A stretch of DNA of 53,388 nt from Vicugna vicugna (lineage: Eukaryota). The notes beneath the pieces are model-generated. The model was not told the origin of the DNA, did not search any database, and saw only the letters and a program-made list of their open reading frames with translations. The number at the start of each line of letters is the position of its first letter. Positions within the stretch are counted from its first letter, which is position 1. Shown piece by piece: positions 37,263 to 49,340 of the stretch. A program made the translations under genes and the position numbers. The stretch spans positions 647,349 through 700,736 of the forward strand of contig MU058478.1 of NCBI GenBank assembly GCA_013265495.1, written 5' to 3'.

Positions 37263-37544
37263 ACTGCCCCAGGCTGTGCATCTTGAGATGTCTCTGGTCC
37301 AATGCGCTCATTCTGCCATCCTTCTTGGCGGCCTGCTCTGAACTCCTGTGCCTTCTCGGAGGTTGTTCATACGCCATCCACCTCTTTTCCACGCGATCAG
37401 AATCCTCATAAAGCCCACTGCTGCTCTGGCAGGACGGAGCCGGGGGTGGAGCGATACCAGCCATAAGGATAAGGTGTAAAGATGCAATCCCACAGGCTGG
37501 GGCCATTGGGCAGAGCCAGGTTTGCACTGAAATAGCAAACCCTT

Positions 37545-37676
37545 GGGGAGAGGGTACCTCTCAGTGGTAGAGTGGGTTCGATCCCCATAACTGCCACTTA
37601 AAAAAAATTAATAAGTAAATAAACCTAATTACCCCTGCAATGAATAACTAAGTAAACACAATTTTTTTTTAAAAAA
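37545..37676 (+). mobile_element. Camelid SINE with internal deletion
   Basis: GGGGAGAGGGTACCTCTCAGTGGTAGAG|TGGGTTCGATCCCC...TAAACCTAATTACCCC. Confidence 0.88.
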
Positions 37677-37844
37677 GGAAGACTGAAGAGTCGAGTAGAA
37701 TATTTTTTTTAAAAAAGTGAGTTATCAAGCTCTTGATATGGAAGAAATTCTGACCCCACCTCCAGCAGAGGGGTGCCCCTTGCGGGTTCCTGTAACACAG
37801 TGATTCTAATGCTTCTGTATTATTTCTGTGTATTATTAAGTATT

Positions 37845-37937
37845 GAGGATGTGGCTACAGCTCAGTAGCAGGGCACCTGGTTAGCACGCATGAGGTCCTG
37901 GGTTCAATCCCCGGTCCCTCCACTAAAAATAAATAAA
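37845..37937 (+). mobile_element. Camelid SINE tRNA-like head
   Basis: TACAGCTCAGTAGCAGGGCACCTGGTTAGCACGCATGAGGTCCTGGGTTCAATCCCCGGTCCCTCCACTAAAAATAAATAAA. Confidence 0.9.
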
Positions 37938-38137
37938 ATACTGCTAAATATAAAAATAGATAAATAACACGTTTCTTCTGCAGAGCACGGGGAGCGATAC
38001 TCAGTATCTTGTCATAACCGATAATGAGAAAGAATCTGAAAAGGAATATATGCATGTTCACATATGACTGAAGCATCGTGCTGCGCACTGGGCGTGGATG
38101 CAACATTGTAAACTGACTCTACTTCCATAAAAAAAAT
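37938..38137 (+). mobile_element. L1 3' end directly fused to the SINE head
   Basis: ATAAAAATAGATAAATAAC...GAAAGAATCTGAAAAGGAATATAT...CAACATTGTAAACTGACTCTACTTCCATAAAAAAAA. Confidence 0.88.
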
Positions 38138-38918
38138 TATGAGCAAGTAATTCATTAACAAATTAATTAAACGTCGCTACCTCCTTTGCCAACTCCCCCT
38201 CAAAAGATTGTTTAAAGTGTTACACAGCGGTATCACGGCAGAGACTTTGATTTAAAATGTTAGAATGTTTACAATGTTTTTTTTTAAACAACATTCTTTC
38301 ATTAGAAATCCAAGTTTTGCTTCAATCAGGTGCGCAGGTGATCATTTTCCCAGAGATCTGGGGACCGAGACCCCTCAAATGCCCTGTCTGAGGGCCCCGC
38401 AGCCTCCCCAGCCTGGCCTCATTGGGCCAGCAGGTGCCCGGGGCTGCACCTGCATGGCTGCTGTCTCTCCTGCTGCTTAAAATGACTTCTCACCGTGCTT
38501 ATGTCATAAACGACCACAAGCTAGAGGTCAAATTCCTGCAAGCATTCCCGGTTGCATGTGTCCAACAGAAGGAAAGCCACCTCTCTCTTCTGCTAAGAGC
38601 CCCCAGACCAGGGCAGGTGCGAGGACCCTGCTGGGCACAGGCTGGCAGGAGCCTTGTAAGTGGCGTCCAGGGGAGCAGTCTGCCCCTGAGGTCTGACTTG
38701 CAAGGAGTGGCGGACAGTCGGCGCCTTAGAAAACCAACGTAAGCTGTGGCCTTGCTCCCGGAAACAAATTTAAACCCAAACAGAAATGTGGATGCATTTT
38801 TTTAATAACTGATGGAAGCCATTGGGGTTCTGCTCAGGTTTCTAAATCTTTCAGCCGCCAGGCACCCATTTGCCCTAAAGGTGGACTAAGAATTCTCTTC
38901 TCACTATAGAACTTAACA

Positions 38919-39338
38919 ATATTTTATTTTATTTTATTTTATATTTTATTTTATGTTATTTTATATTTTATTTTATTTTATTTTTATTTTTTATTTTATG
39001 TTATGTTATGTTATGTTATTTTTTATTTTATTTTATGTTATGTTATGTTATGTTATATTTTATTTTATGTTATGTTATGTTGTGTTATTTTATTTTATTT
39101 TATATTTTATTTTATGTTATTTTATATTTTATTTTATTTTATTTTATTTATTTTTTATTTTATTTTATGTTATGTTATGTTATATTTTATTTTATGTTAT
39201 GTTATGTTATGTTATGTTATGTTATGTTATGTTATTTTATGTTATTTTATATTTTATTTTATTTTATTTATTTTTTATTTTATTTTATGTTTTGTTATGT
39301 TATTTATTTTATTTTATTTTATTTTATTTATTTTATTT
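38919..39338. repeat. Compound (TTTTA)n/(TGTTA)n pentanucleotide array
   Basis: About 420 bp with no C, built from interleaved TTTTA and TGTTA units. Confidence 0.98.
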
Positions 39339-41071
39339 GGAAACCTCCTTCTCCAAGAGAGAATTTCAATGTCAGAGTAGGATTTTCCGACCAAAGCTCT
39401 GTGGTCACATTTTTTTCTGAAACGTATTTCCATCGCACGGGAGCATCAACCAGGGAGGCAGAAAGACTCCTTCTTAAGTAAAATGGTAAAAAAGAACATG
39501 AATCAAAATCGCCTTGAACGTCTCTGGTTTTCCATCACGGCACGTTCAAAAACCACTCTTCTTCATAGAATAGATTTAAGACTGTCATCGATGGGGTTCT
39601 AGTAATGCCAGCTTTTATTGGCTTTTCCAAACAGACAATGACTTCGACGGGGAGAAAGTTCATTTCCTCGGCTCGGCTCTATCTGATGTGCAAAGGGTCC
39701 TTATGTGAAAGAACGGTGGCTCATCCAGTCAGATTTTTTTTCTGGAAGGATCCCTTAGAACAGGGAGGCTGTTCCTCCACCAGGAAAAATCTGTCCTCTG
39801 GGCCATATTTAGGGTTCCTGCCCCCATGGAAGGAGCTGTGTGGCCCCAGGTTCTGGGTCCTCTTCTCTGCACCATAAACTTTACCTCTTGCTCAGAACGT
39901 GTTCTCTGTCAATAAATTCACTGCACCCATTTGCACGGCCGCGGTCCCTTAATGTCACAAAATGAGATTCTCTTTCTGTCTGTCTGCCTTTTGTGGTCTG
40001 TGTGTGGGTGTTAAGACTCTCCCTCGTCCCTTGTGAGTTGTCGCAGAAACTTCTTCTTCCTTTTTCTCTCCATCTTAGTCCTCAGCACATCACAGGCATC
40101 CTGGGAGTTCCTTGCAGCAGCTCAAAGGTTTCTATCTGTTTTTATCCTAAAATTCAATGTATCTCCCATTGACCTTACTCAACCACACTGCTAATGACTG
40201 GCTAGTTGTCTGGAGTACCCGCCAGTCTACACGGCCAGCCCTGTCTGGGATCCAGTGGGAGGAAAAACAAAAATGGGTCATGGTTACCGCATTGAGTGAA
40301 TTCGCAGCCATCGGTCTGGTAGTCAACACGTGGTCAGCAATCAGTCCGGGTTGAATTAAGAAAAGGGTAAATGAGCAAACATTGCAGGTCACACAAACCC
40401 TGGTGGTGGATCCAAAACTGACACTCATTCTCCTGCCAGTCTCCAGAACACAGTATCCCCAATGCCCGAACAGCAGCCTGGATCAAGCATGTATCTCTGA
40501 AAACATCTCTGGACCCTGGAGACCCCCAGCAGCAACAGGAAACCATCTTCGATGCAACAGGACCCGGGAGGCATGGACCGGCTCACTGCCAATGGTTCTG
40601 TGCAATGTTTGAGGGCAGCTGGATAAACACCAATGAAACCTTCATTCTTACTTTCCTTTCACGTAAAGGAAAGAATTTTGTTGACAACAGCTTATCGGTG
40701 AACCCTATGACCCTCACACCGATCCTTGATTACAAAGATCTGCAGAAAAGCATCCCCAGTTTTAAACCAAAACCCTGTGAAATGAACGGAGGAGGGTGGA
40801 GACCGGGGGACCATGTGGACCAGTGATGTGGCAGCAGGAGGGGAGGTGAAGAGCTGGGTGACTTTGGAAGTTCCCTTCAGCCCTCAGCCCTCAGTGTTCG
40901 CAGCCCCTCCTCTATAAATGGGATGTGTGTGTTGACTTAGGGTGGGATTTGGGGAGAAAAAGTCTAAAACATGTCTAAGCATCCTTTCTAGTCTGATACT
41001 CAACAACCTGTGACTCCTTCTGTGAATGAGCTCAAGCTAAATCATTGCTGGAAACTGTCTGAACCAGTGCA

Positions 41072-41938
41072 TTTTTCCTTCCTCATTGAGGCAACGCTGA
41101 TACATCATATTACAACAGTTTCACATGTGCAATAGTGCAACGTATCGACATTTTGTATCTCGCAAGAGGATCACAGTAAGTCAACACCCCTCACCTTTCA
41201 TAGTCAGAAAAAAAATTTCTTTTCTTGTGATGTAGATTTTTAATATCTATTCTCTTAGCAACTTTCAAACACACGATTGTATCAACAACCATCTTCACCA
41301 GGCTGTGCATTTCAGCCCCATGATTTATTTAGTTTGTACGTTTTGACCGCTTCACCCACTCCCTAACCCCTGCCTCTGGAAACCACCAATTTGCTCTATG
41401 TATGAATCTGTTTCTGCTTTGTTTTTGTCTGTTTGTGATCTACATTTCATATACAAGTGAAATCTGTTTTTTGTTTCTGTCTGACCTCTTTCACTTAGTA
41501 TAATACCCTCAAGGTCCTTCCATGTTGCCACAAATGGCAAGATCCCATTCTTTTTCATGGCTGAGTACTATTCCATTGCACATAGATACCACATCTTCCT
41601 CATCCATTCATCTATGGATAGACACTTAAATTGTTCCCAGGGACTGGCTGCTGTAAATAATGCTGTTGTGAGCACTGGGGTGCACATACCTTTTTGAATT
41701 AGTGTTTTTCCTTTCCTCCAACGAATACCCAAAGGCAGGATTGCTGGATCCTACAGGAGTTCTGTTTTTAATGTTTTTGAGAAACTTCCACGCAGTTTTC
41801 CACAGTAGCCGCACCAATTTGCTTTCCCACCCACAGTGCATGGGAGTTCCTTTCCTCCACATCCTTGCCAAGGCTTATCCGGTGATCACCGTCCTACCAG
41901 GTGTGAGGTGATGGCTCATGGCCATTTTGATTTACATT
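41072..41938 (-). mobile_element. L1MA-like (about L1MA9) 3' portion
   Basis: TCTCTTAGCAACTTTCAA...CCCCTGCCTCTGGAAACCACCAAT. The minus frame gives ILPFVATWKDLEGIILSE (ORF2 C-terminus). Confidence 0.92.
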
Positions 41939-42914
41939 ACACACTTTTACTCTCCTGCTCTGTAATTCTGTTCACCAGAAAGAGGAAGTAATGACCTAAA
42001 ATGTGGCAAGGCAAACAATAATTAAGAGCTCTACCAAAATCTTGCAGGTGGACAAGTACAAATACCTAGAATTAAAGTATTTTTCACAATCACTTCCTTG
42101 GGAATGTAGAGTCTGTGAGCACCATAGGCAAGATTTTTTTTAACTCAATTTTTAATATGCTTTCCTAGAAGGTATTTGGAGCCACGCTGGTTGTACAAAT
42201 TTTAAACAATGCTGCTGCTACCAGAGAAAAGATGTTAAAATTTAAAAAATAAATTAATACTGCCTATTACCATATTGGGTAGAACCCACAGATCACAGTT
42301 TATATTAGAAAATGAAAATGATTGATGCATGATTAAGAAGAGGCAGGAAGGAGGCCACGTTGTATAAAAACCAGCCTCATTTCATAAAGGAGATTTTTTT
42401 TTTATAATGACTTTTCTGACAAGATTAACTGATGCCCAGGCCAGTGCATTGAGAAATAATGGTATTCGCATCATGGTACTGCCAGGACTTTCCATACATT
42501 TTTGACTACAAGGAGAGAATTAATTGGCTGGAGGAGGTAGGCAATTTTATTTTTCATTTTCTAATCATTAAAATTATTTTTTGACTTCCATCCAAAGGAC
42601 CAATGGCATTTCTTATTGAATTAAATCTTGAAAAGAAAAAAGGAGGAAAAAATAAACTTTTATTATTAGACCCTTGTATGCTTCGAAATTTCCTTGAGGG
42701 TTCTCAGCATCCCATGGTCAACATGTGAGGAATAATCCACATGGCTAATCCACCTGATGCCAGCAGTCAGGATTCAAGCGTGTGTCTCCAATAACATCCC
42801 AGGTAGGAGCCCAAAGTGGGAAAAAAACTGACACTTTGACTTCCTACCAAAGCCCTTGAGGGAAACTCAACGGAATGATAATGAACGCCATCTCCTTTTT
42901 ATCATCTGTGTAAC

Positions 42915-43040
42915 CAGAGTGCTGTCCTGTCTTCATCATAACCATGAAATGATTTTAAATACGAGGACGCTGAGGCTCCGAGTGGGGTGAACCCACCAGC
43001 CGTGTGGTCACTGAGCCAGCGTTGAGTAACCCCAGCCCCT
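42915..43040 (-). mobile_element. MIR fragment
   Basis: TTTTAAATACGAGGACGCTGAGGCTCCGAGTGGGGTGAA...GGTCAC. Confidence 0.6.
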
Positions 43041-43219
43041 CGGCCACCCTGGGTGTCCTTCCAATCTGCAGGTGTCACCTTCCTCAGTCCAAACACAAAC
43101 AGCCCAGCAGGAGGCAGAAGGCAAGGATTCCAGAGAGAGGCAGAACCAAGCGTGCGGTGCAGGCTGGACACCAAGGCTCACAGGAAACACCTAAGAAAGT
43201 GCTGAAAATATGAAGGCAA

Positions 43220-43335
43220 GTCTACGGATGCATGTTCAAGACCGGGACGCTGTGCGGAGCACCACAAACTGACACCTTGTGATTGATGGCACTTCAATTT
43301 AAAAATGAACAAATAAGTAAAAAATTTTTAAAAAG
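43220..43335 (+). mobile_element. Very short L1 3' end
   Basis: GACCGGGACGCTGTGCGGAGCACCACAAACTGACACCTTGTGATTGATGGCACTTCAATTTAAAAA. Confidence 0.7.
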
Positions 43336-44102
43336 AAACTTCTGGACCATTTGCTGAGAAGGGGCCTCCTAGGGCTGCTACGGGTCATTCTGAACCCCCG
43401 GTCCCAGCTCGGAATCCACGCTGAGCGGCCAAACACGTGCGACCCTGAGCATCCTTCTTAAAGTCCAGTGGGTTTTCAGCTGAGCCAACATCCAGGGGAT
43501 GCGAACCGTCCTAGGAGTGGGTTGAAGGGAAGGAGGGAAGACCCAGCCGCTCTAAACGCCGATCAGTCACTGAAGAGGCTTGTACGGTTGGCAAGCCCTT
43601 TATCTTCTGGAGTCGGGGAGGTCTCGCCCCCCCTCCAAGGTCTGGAGCAATGACTCGGTGAGCGGGCAGAACTCTGCTCCAGGCGTCCGCACGGCTCCAC
43701 GTCCAAAAGCCCATTTTTCAAAGTCTTTGTATCAGACGCCCTGCTAGACGGCTCCCCTCAGACTCCCAGAGAGAGAAGACTGAGATGCACGATGCTTTGA
43801 GGTCAGAAGAGCCGGCAACGGGCAGCGAGGAAGGAAAGACGGCTCCCCCCTGGCTCGGGTCCCTGAAACAAGAGCCCTTTTATGTTTTATCTCTTTTTTT
43901 AAACTAAAAATGATGCCTCCTTTGTTCCTTCCCTTTGGCTTGCAGGGGAAGCAATAAATATTCATTAGGGAAGAACTGTAAAGCGTGGAGAAGCTGACAG
44001 GGTGTCAGAAATCCACATTTGTACTGCACTGATGTGTAACAATTGCACGTATTTTATTTCTTTTTTTTTTTCTTCATGAAGCTTTGTTTTCGAAGAATGT
44101 CT

Positions 44103-44119
44103 GTGTGTGTGTGTGTGTG
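44103..44119. repeat. (TG)8 microsatellite
   Basis: TG run. Confidence 0.85.
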
Positions 44120-44699
44120 CGCCTTCAAAAATGATGAGGAAGACGAGGCTTTATCTCTGATGATGAGGCTTAAGGAGAAATACAACTTCGTGGCCACAGG
44201 AACAACTGGTAAATTAACGCTAGCATTTGCATTGGGTAGAGTTGCCTCAGACACGTCTGTTTTCGCCCCGACTTCAGCAAAATTTCTCCACACAGCGCCT
44301 CCGCTGAGTGACGTTTTCTCATTCCTTCCATCCAAAGAGGCCCTGGCATCAACTCTTTAGTTGGATTCAAGTGGAGAGAACCTCACCCTTGGAGAAGAAA
44401 CGATGCCGAGAAGAGATGGAAAATGCGGTGGAAAAAAATCCAATTGTGGGCAAACCATGAGCCCTCGAGGACCCTGAATGGTTGGGGGAAAGAACTGGGC
44501 CCCTCACTCTGTAAGAGAAGGGTCGCACTTAGATTTCTGAAAACCCTCAGAAAGTGCAGGACTTGGGGACGTAGAGTTTCTGAGGACCCTCACGTGGTCT
44601 CCGTCAGCCCGCTGTTGAGGGTGGCACCCCATCCCCTAAAACACAGACCCACAATCGAAGATCATGCAACGTACTTTCACCGTTCATGCAGTCTTTCAA

Positions 44700-44830
44700 A
44701 GCAGAGCCCAGCTGGGTTTGGATCGGGGCTGTGACTTCGGGACAGGTTCTGACTTTTCCAAACTCCACTGCTTCCTTTGTAAAATGGAGATAGTAACACA
44801 CTCCCACGGTGGTCGTGGACGTGCACGCAC
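44700..44830 (+). mobile_element. MIR fragment
   Basis: GCTGTGACTTCGGGACAGG...GCTTCCTTTGTAAAATGGAGATAGTAACAC. Confidence 0.72.
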
Positions 44831-45642
44831 TGAGGGCGGAGGGTGACTGGCACCACATGGCACCTGCTTGGTGGCACCTGGGCTGGGCTCGCTAATCCCC
44901 AGTGTCTCCTCATTATCACTTCCCACGTTGGAGTTTCCTGGCATGAACGCTCTAGTTTTGTATTTCAACTTCCTTGCATCGGATGCTCAGTGCCTTGCCA
45001 GGTGATAATATCGTGATTTAATATGTGCATTGGCAATAACACGCCAGTGAACGAAGGCCCGCGCATCGCTTCTGGAAGCGACAGCCTCCACGTGGACCAT
45101 CATTCTGTTCCCTTCCAAATTCCACACTTGGGAGACGCCTAGACCAGCTGGGACCAGTTCAGGGCAAAAGGAAATGAGGAAAAGTGAGCTCCCAGTTTTG
45201 CTGTGAGTGGAAGGTTTGTGGGGATCATGCTGAGGAGCCGAGAGGATGGAAGGTTCAGGAGATGGTCAGGTCCTGCTCTCCAAGGGCCGTGACCTGCAAC
45301 TGATTTTACCATGTTCACTAGTTAGTAACTTTCCATCAGGATACAGTGTCTCTTCTCTGAGTGCATTACTGACTCACAATGATGGCTTCAGAAGCCACTG
45401 GCTTAGTTGCAAGTCAGAACCGAGCTGACCAAAAGCGGCATCTCGATGACGCCTGAAATCCTGGGGCTCTGAGAACCAGAGATGTGCGTCTGAAACAGGA
45501 TGGCTCCCCTCGGCCAGGCCTGGAAATCCATGGGTTGACATCATTATCATCCGTGGCTTGAAGGAAGCTACCCCATTACCTGACTGTAAGGAGCAGTGAT
45601 GGAAGGTAAATCTCGTGTTGATTTTAATCCAAATTCTAGGGG

Positions 45643-45864
45643 TTTTTTTCCCAATTGAAGTGTAATTGACTTACAACCTGTGTTCTGCTGTACCTCACAG
45701 TGATTCAATCATACTTCTATATTCATTTTCATTTCCTTTTTCATTGTAGGTGACTACAAGATATTGAATATGCTTCCCTGTGCTGCACAGTAGGACCATG
45801 TTGTTTATCTCCTTCATATACAGTAGTGTGTGTCTGCTAATCCTGAGCTCCTAATTTATCCCTC
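45643..45864 (-). mobile_element. L1 3' end fragment
   Basis: ATTGAAGTGTAATTGACTTACAA...TACAAGATATTGAATATGCTTCCCTGTGCTG...CTCCTAATTTATCCCTC. Confidence 0.9.
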
Positions 45865-45998
45865 TCTGATCGAGATTTATTTTAATGTCCTAACACGTTA
45901 AGAAATGTTTAAGTGGTCTGTGAGTCCTGGACATAGTCAATGAAAAAGTGATAGAAAAGGCAATTTGCTCTGTTAAAAATAGAGCATGTAAAAAAATC

Positions 45999-46023
45999 AT
46001 ATATATATATATATATATATATA
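45999..46023. repeat. (AT)12 microsatellite
   Basis: AT run. Confidence 0.92.
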
Positions 46024-46379
46024 AACGTTGTTTAGCAAACAAAAAAGACAGTCCCCCCATTCCATTGTCAGTCACTTTTACCCCCACCGAGCACCTCTCA
46101 CTGGACTCAACTCATGCAGCATCTCACATCCACCTGCCTCTTTCTAGAAGCCCCTATTTAAGTAAACGCCACCCTAGACTGTCCCAACACTCTAGAGTAA
46201 GTGTGGTGCGCTGTCCAGTGATCTGGTCGATCTGGAAAATTCTCCTCCATGTTGTGCTGAGAATCAGGGCTCCCGCACATGCCAAGAATACAGAGCTCAC
46301 GAATTCACTGGTGGCATCTCAGCCGCTTTCAAATGCGGTAGACCAATTCTGCCCACGGAGACGACGCTGAATTATGTCT

Positions 46380-47900
46380 CTGGTTCAGTCAGAGAGGCAA
46401 GATGGTTTTGGTGTCCCTCCTTGCGATCCAAGGACGTGAAGCCCTAACCGCGGCGCCCACTCACCCTCCTCCCTGAATCTTCCTCGTTCCCAGGGAGAGG
46501 CATCCGCGAGCAAAATGCCTAAGGAAAGCGAGGACGGGGCCTTCCCGCAGGTGCTCCCTGCACACTGTGCAAATGGCAAAGCAGTGGGATGTGACCTTGC
46601 ATCCTTCCCCGTCATCACGCCGCCCTCCTGGGGCCACGGTGTCACCGGGAGCATGTGGGGACACGTGTGCCTATCTGGAAGTGTACATGGTTGACAAGCG
46701 CGGAGCACAGGCTGCACACGCTGACCTGCTCACGTCCGGTTCATGGCTTTGACAACATTCCTGAGAGACTCTAGACGTCAACCCCTAAAAGGCTGCCCTG
46801 TTGCTGTTCACGGATGCTGGGTGCCCCCGGCGTGGATGCCCTGAGGACCACGCAGCCAGTCCCTCCGGTGGATGGACCTTCTGGCTGTTTCCTTGTGGGG
46901 CACAGGTGGTCCGGGGGGTTCCATCAGGCATGTCCTCCCCCCATGGAAGGGGGTCCTCCTTGGTGGAGCCTGTAAGTCCTACATCCTTCCTCTAGAGAGG
47001 GTGGAGGGAACCCTTCCATCTTCATCATCAACTGCTCAGAGGGCCCTCTGATCCCACCCGGAGTAGTCTTGTTAAGCCCCCTGGGCTCTGCCATCGGGGC
47101 CGCCGTGATGTCTGCAGACCCTTGTGAAGAAGTGCCTGGTGGGGGGGCACCTCTGAGCATCCTTCCCCCTTCACTCTGTGGGAAGAGTTGTAGGCAAACA
47201 GTTGCAGCCTCCGTGATTTCCTCCTACTGGGAAGGCCGGAGGGAGGGATGCGCCAGCACCATCGCAGGACGTGGCTCTCTGTGTGAGGGTTCCTGCAGCC
47301 CGGACGTGCACACCGTGTCTGTGGGTTAGAGTCACGGCCAGGCTCCGGGCCTCGGCCGGGGTTTGAGGTAGGCGTAGAAGTGTATCAACCTTACAGTCAT
47401 TGTCCTCTGATGCCGAAAACCTGCCCTCGCGGCTCCGAGCTGGAAAGATCTCTGGCAGAACCGAGGCCGGGGAAAGAGGCTAAAAGAGCCCCAAACGGGA
47501 TCTTGCTGAAGCAGGCATAGCCAAAATGATCCTAGCCCGGTCATCCTCCTGGACCGTTGGCCCAGAGGGACATGCAGCGTCTGCAGATTTCTCTCCTTTT
47601 CTGACACGTTTTATAGAACGTCCCGAGTGTCAGTTTGTGACGTTGAGGATTTAAAACACACCTTTGCCCCGGAACGGGTCCTGCCCTGTCCAGCTCACGT
47701 GGGTCCGCAGCCCCGCAGCATCCCTGCAGGTGCCTTCCAGCGGGCGAGCCACCTGCCGGGGAGCTGGGATGTGGGTCAGCCCTTAGGACAGGACTCGCCT
47801 CCTCCGGGTTTTCAGGGCCCAGCGCACATCAGGCAGCGACCTTCACTGTGGGCTCAGTGGACTTGCACGCAAAAGTGTGGCCCTGGCGTGTTACGGAAGG
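46380..47900. promoter_or_regulatory. GC-rich, CpG-rich segment (borderline CpG island)
   Basis: Manual count gives about 36 CpG in 47221-47820 at an estimated 60% GC (obs/exp about 0.65). No TSS evidence. Confidence 0.4.
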
Positions 47901-49179
47901 ATGGGGGACCACACTCGGTCCCCTGGTCTGTGGGACAGAGGTAACCCACGTGGCTCTCGTGAGATCTGAGAGGACGACTGGCATTCAGAGCCCTGTCCCC
48001 AGGCTGGTGAGTGGCGGGGACAGCCCACCACGGCCTGCATCTTCCTCCCTCACAGAAGACACCCCGAGCGACTGTCCAGATGCTTCAAACTGGACATTTT
48101 GCATCCGGGATTCGCTCTTGAAACCCCACCAAGTCCCCCCCATCTCCAGGGAGAACTGTTAGTCTTCCAGCGTGACATGAAGACATGAGACAGAAGAAAA
48201 GGAATATACAAAAGCCAAAAAAATCAGCCCTGAGTGGTTCCCTGTCCAGCTCCGAGACAAAGCCTCTGACACACGGTTGCTCAGACAGCAAGAATCAGGC
48301 CAGGGAGGCTGAAGTGTTGAAGGGCGGGTAAACATTTTTCCAAGCTGCCTGGCCATGCAGAAACATCTTTTTTTTTTTTAAATTTATCTGCTTGAAAGCA
48401 CCAGGGATCCACGGGGTTTTGTGAGATCTCAGGACTGCTACTCATACGGACATCAGCTAACACCAGATCCCCGGGAACACAGCGAACCCAGGGCGAGATT
48501 CTTCGCACAGGACCCCAGCGGAGAACTGATGAAGTCTGGATTCCTGGGAGGGACCCAATTTCCTAATACTGCCGGAGCTTGCTTTGTAAATGAGGACTTG
48601 ATGGCTTTTGAGCAGGGGAAGCTCGAAGCATCTCAGTGCAGCCCTGGGGCGTCAGCAGCCACACTGCTGTGATCTGAGGAAGGCGGGTAGGGATGGAGGC
48701 CCCTAGCGCCTGTGATCTTGCTGTAACGAGCATGTGTCCACCTGATAGGCAGGTGTGAAGCGTGTTCCCCTTGCTCCATCACTGCCTCCATCACTCACTG
48801 CCCAGTTCCCTGGGGCTCCCGGGTCACTTAACAGGGGCGGGAGGGCCAGTTCTGAGCGGCCCCCTCCTCTTCCCAAGCCTGTATCACACCCCCCTTTCCC
48901 CAGGGGTCCCCTCAGTGACCCTTCACACATGTGCCACATGGTAGATGCTCCTGAACCCAAGGAAACATTCCACCTCCAATCTCCCTCCAAACCCGCTGCC
49001 TCTTAGCTTTGCTGGATTTCCACCTGGGTCCCGACATTTAAATGCTGACCTACAGTTCAAGATTGAGTCCAATATGGGTTCACCCAAAGATATTTCTTTT
49101 TTTCTTTTAACACAGCGGGGAAATATCCTTATTGGAAAATGCCAACAGGTCCCTGTGCACAATTTTCTTTCCCATAGGT

Positions 49180-49340
49180 ATACACCCATGCACACACACA
49201 CACACAAGGGCACATACATGCACACCCATATACGCATACACTTACCTACATGCACACTGCACACGCGCATGCATGCACTTGAACACACACACGCACACAT
49301 GCATGTGCGTGTGAACCCAGGCTCGTGCACACACCACCTA
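49180..49340. repeat. Degenerate (CA)-rich alternating tract
   Basis: CACACACA/CATGCA/CGCA units. Confidence 0.8.

Noticed and set aside
37763..37776. CTCF-like CCAGCAGAGGGGTG (similar word at about 24869)
   Set aside because: Mismatch at the highly conserved GGC position, so it is not supportable without ChIP data.
34690..37925. tRNA genes suggested by A/B boxes
   Set aside because: These are diverged SINE heads with SINE tails and TSDs, and no intact cloverleaf acceptor stem.
38953..39481. Three overlapping hydrophobic ORFs of 125-157 aa
   Set aside because: They are artefacts of the stop-free TTTTA/TGTTA array.
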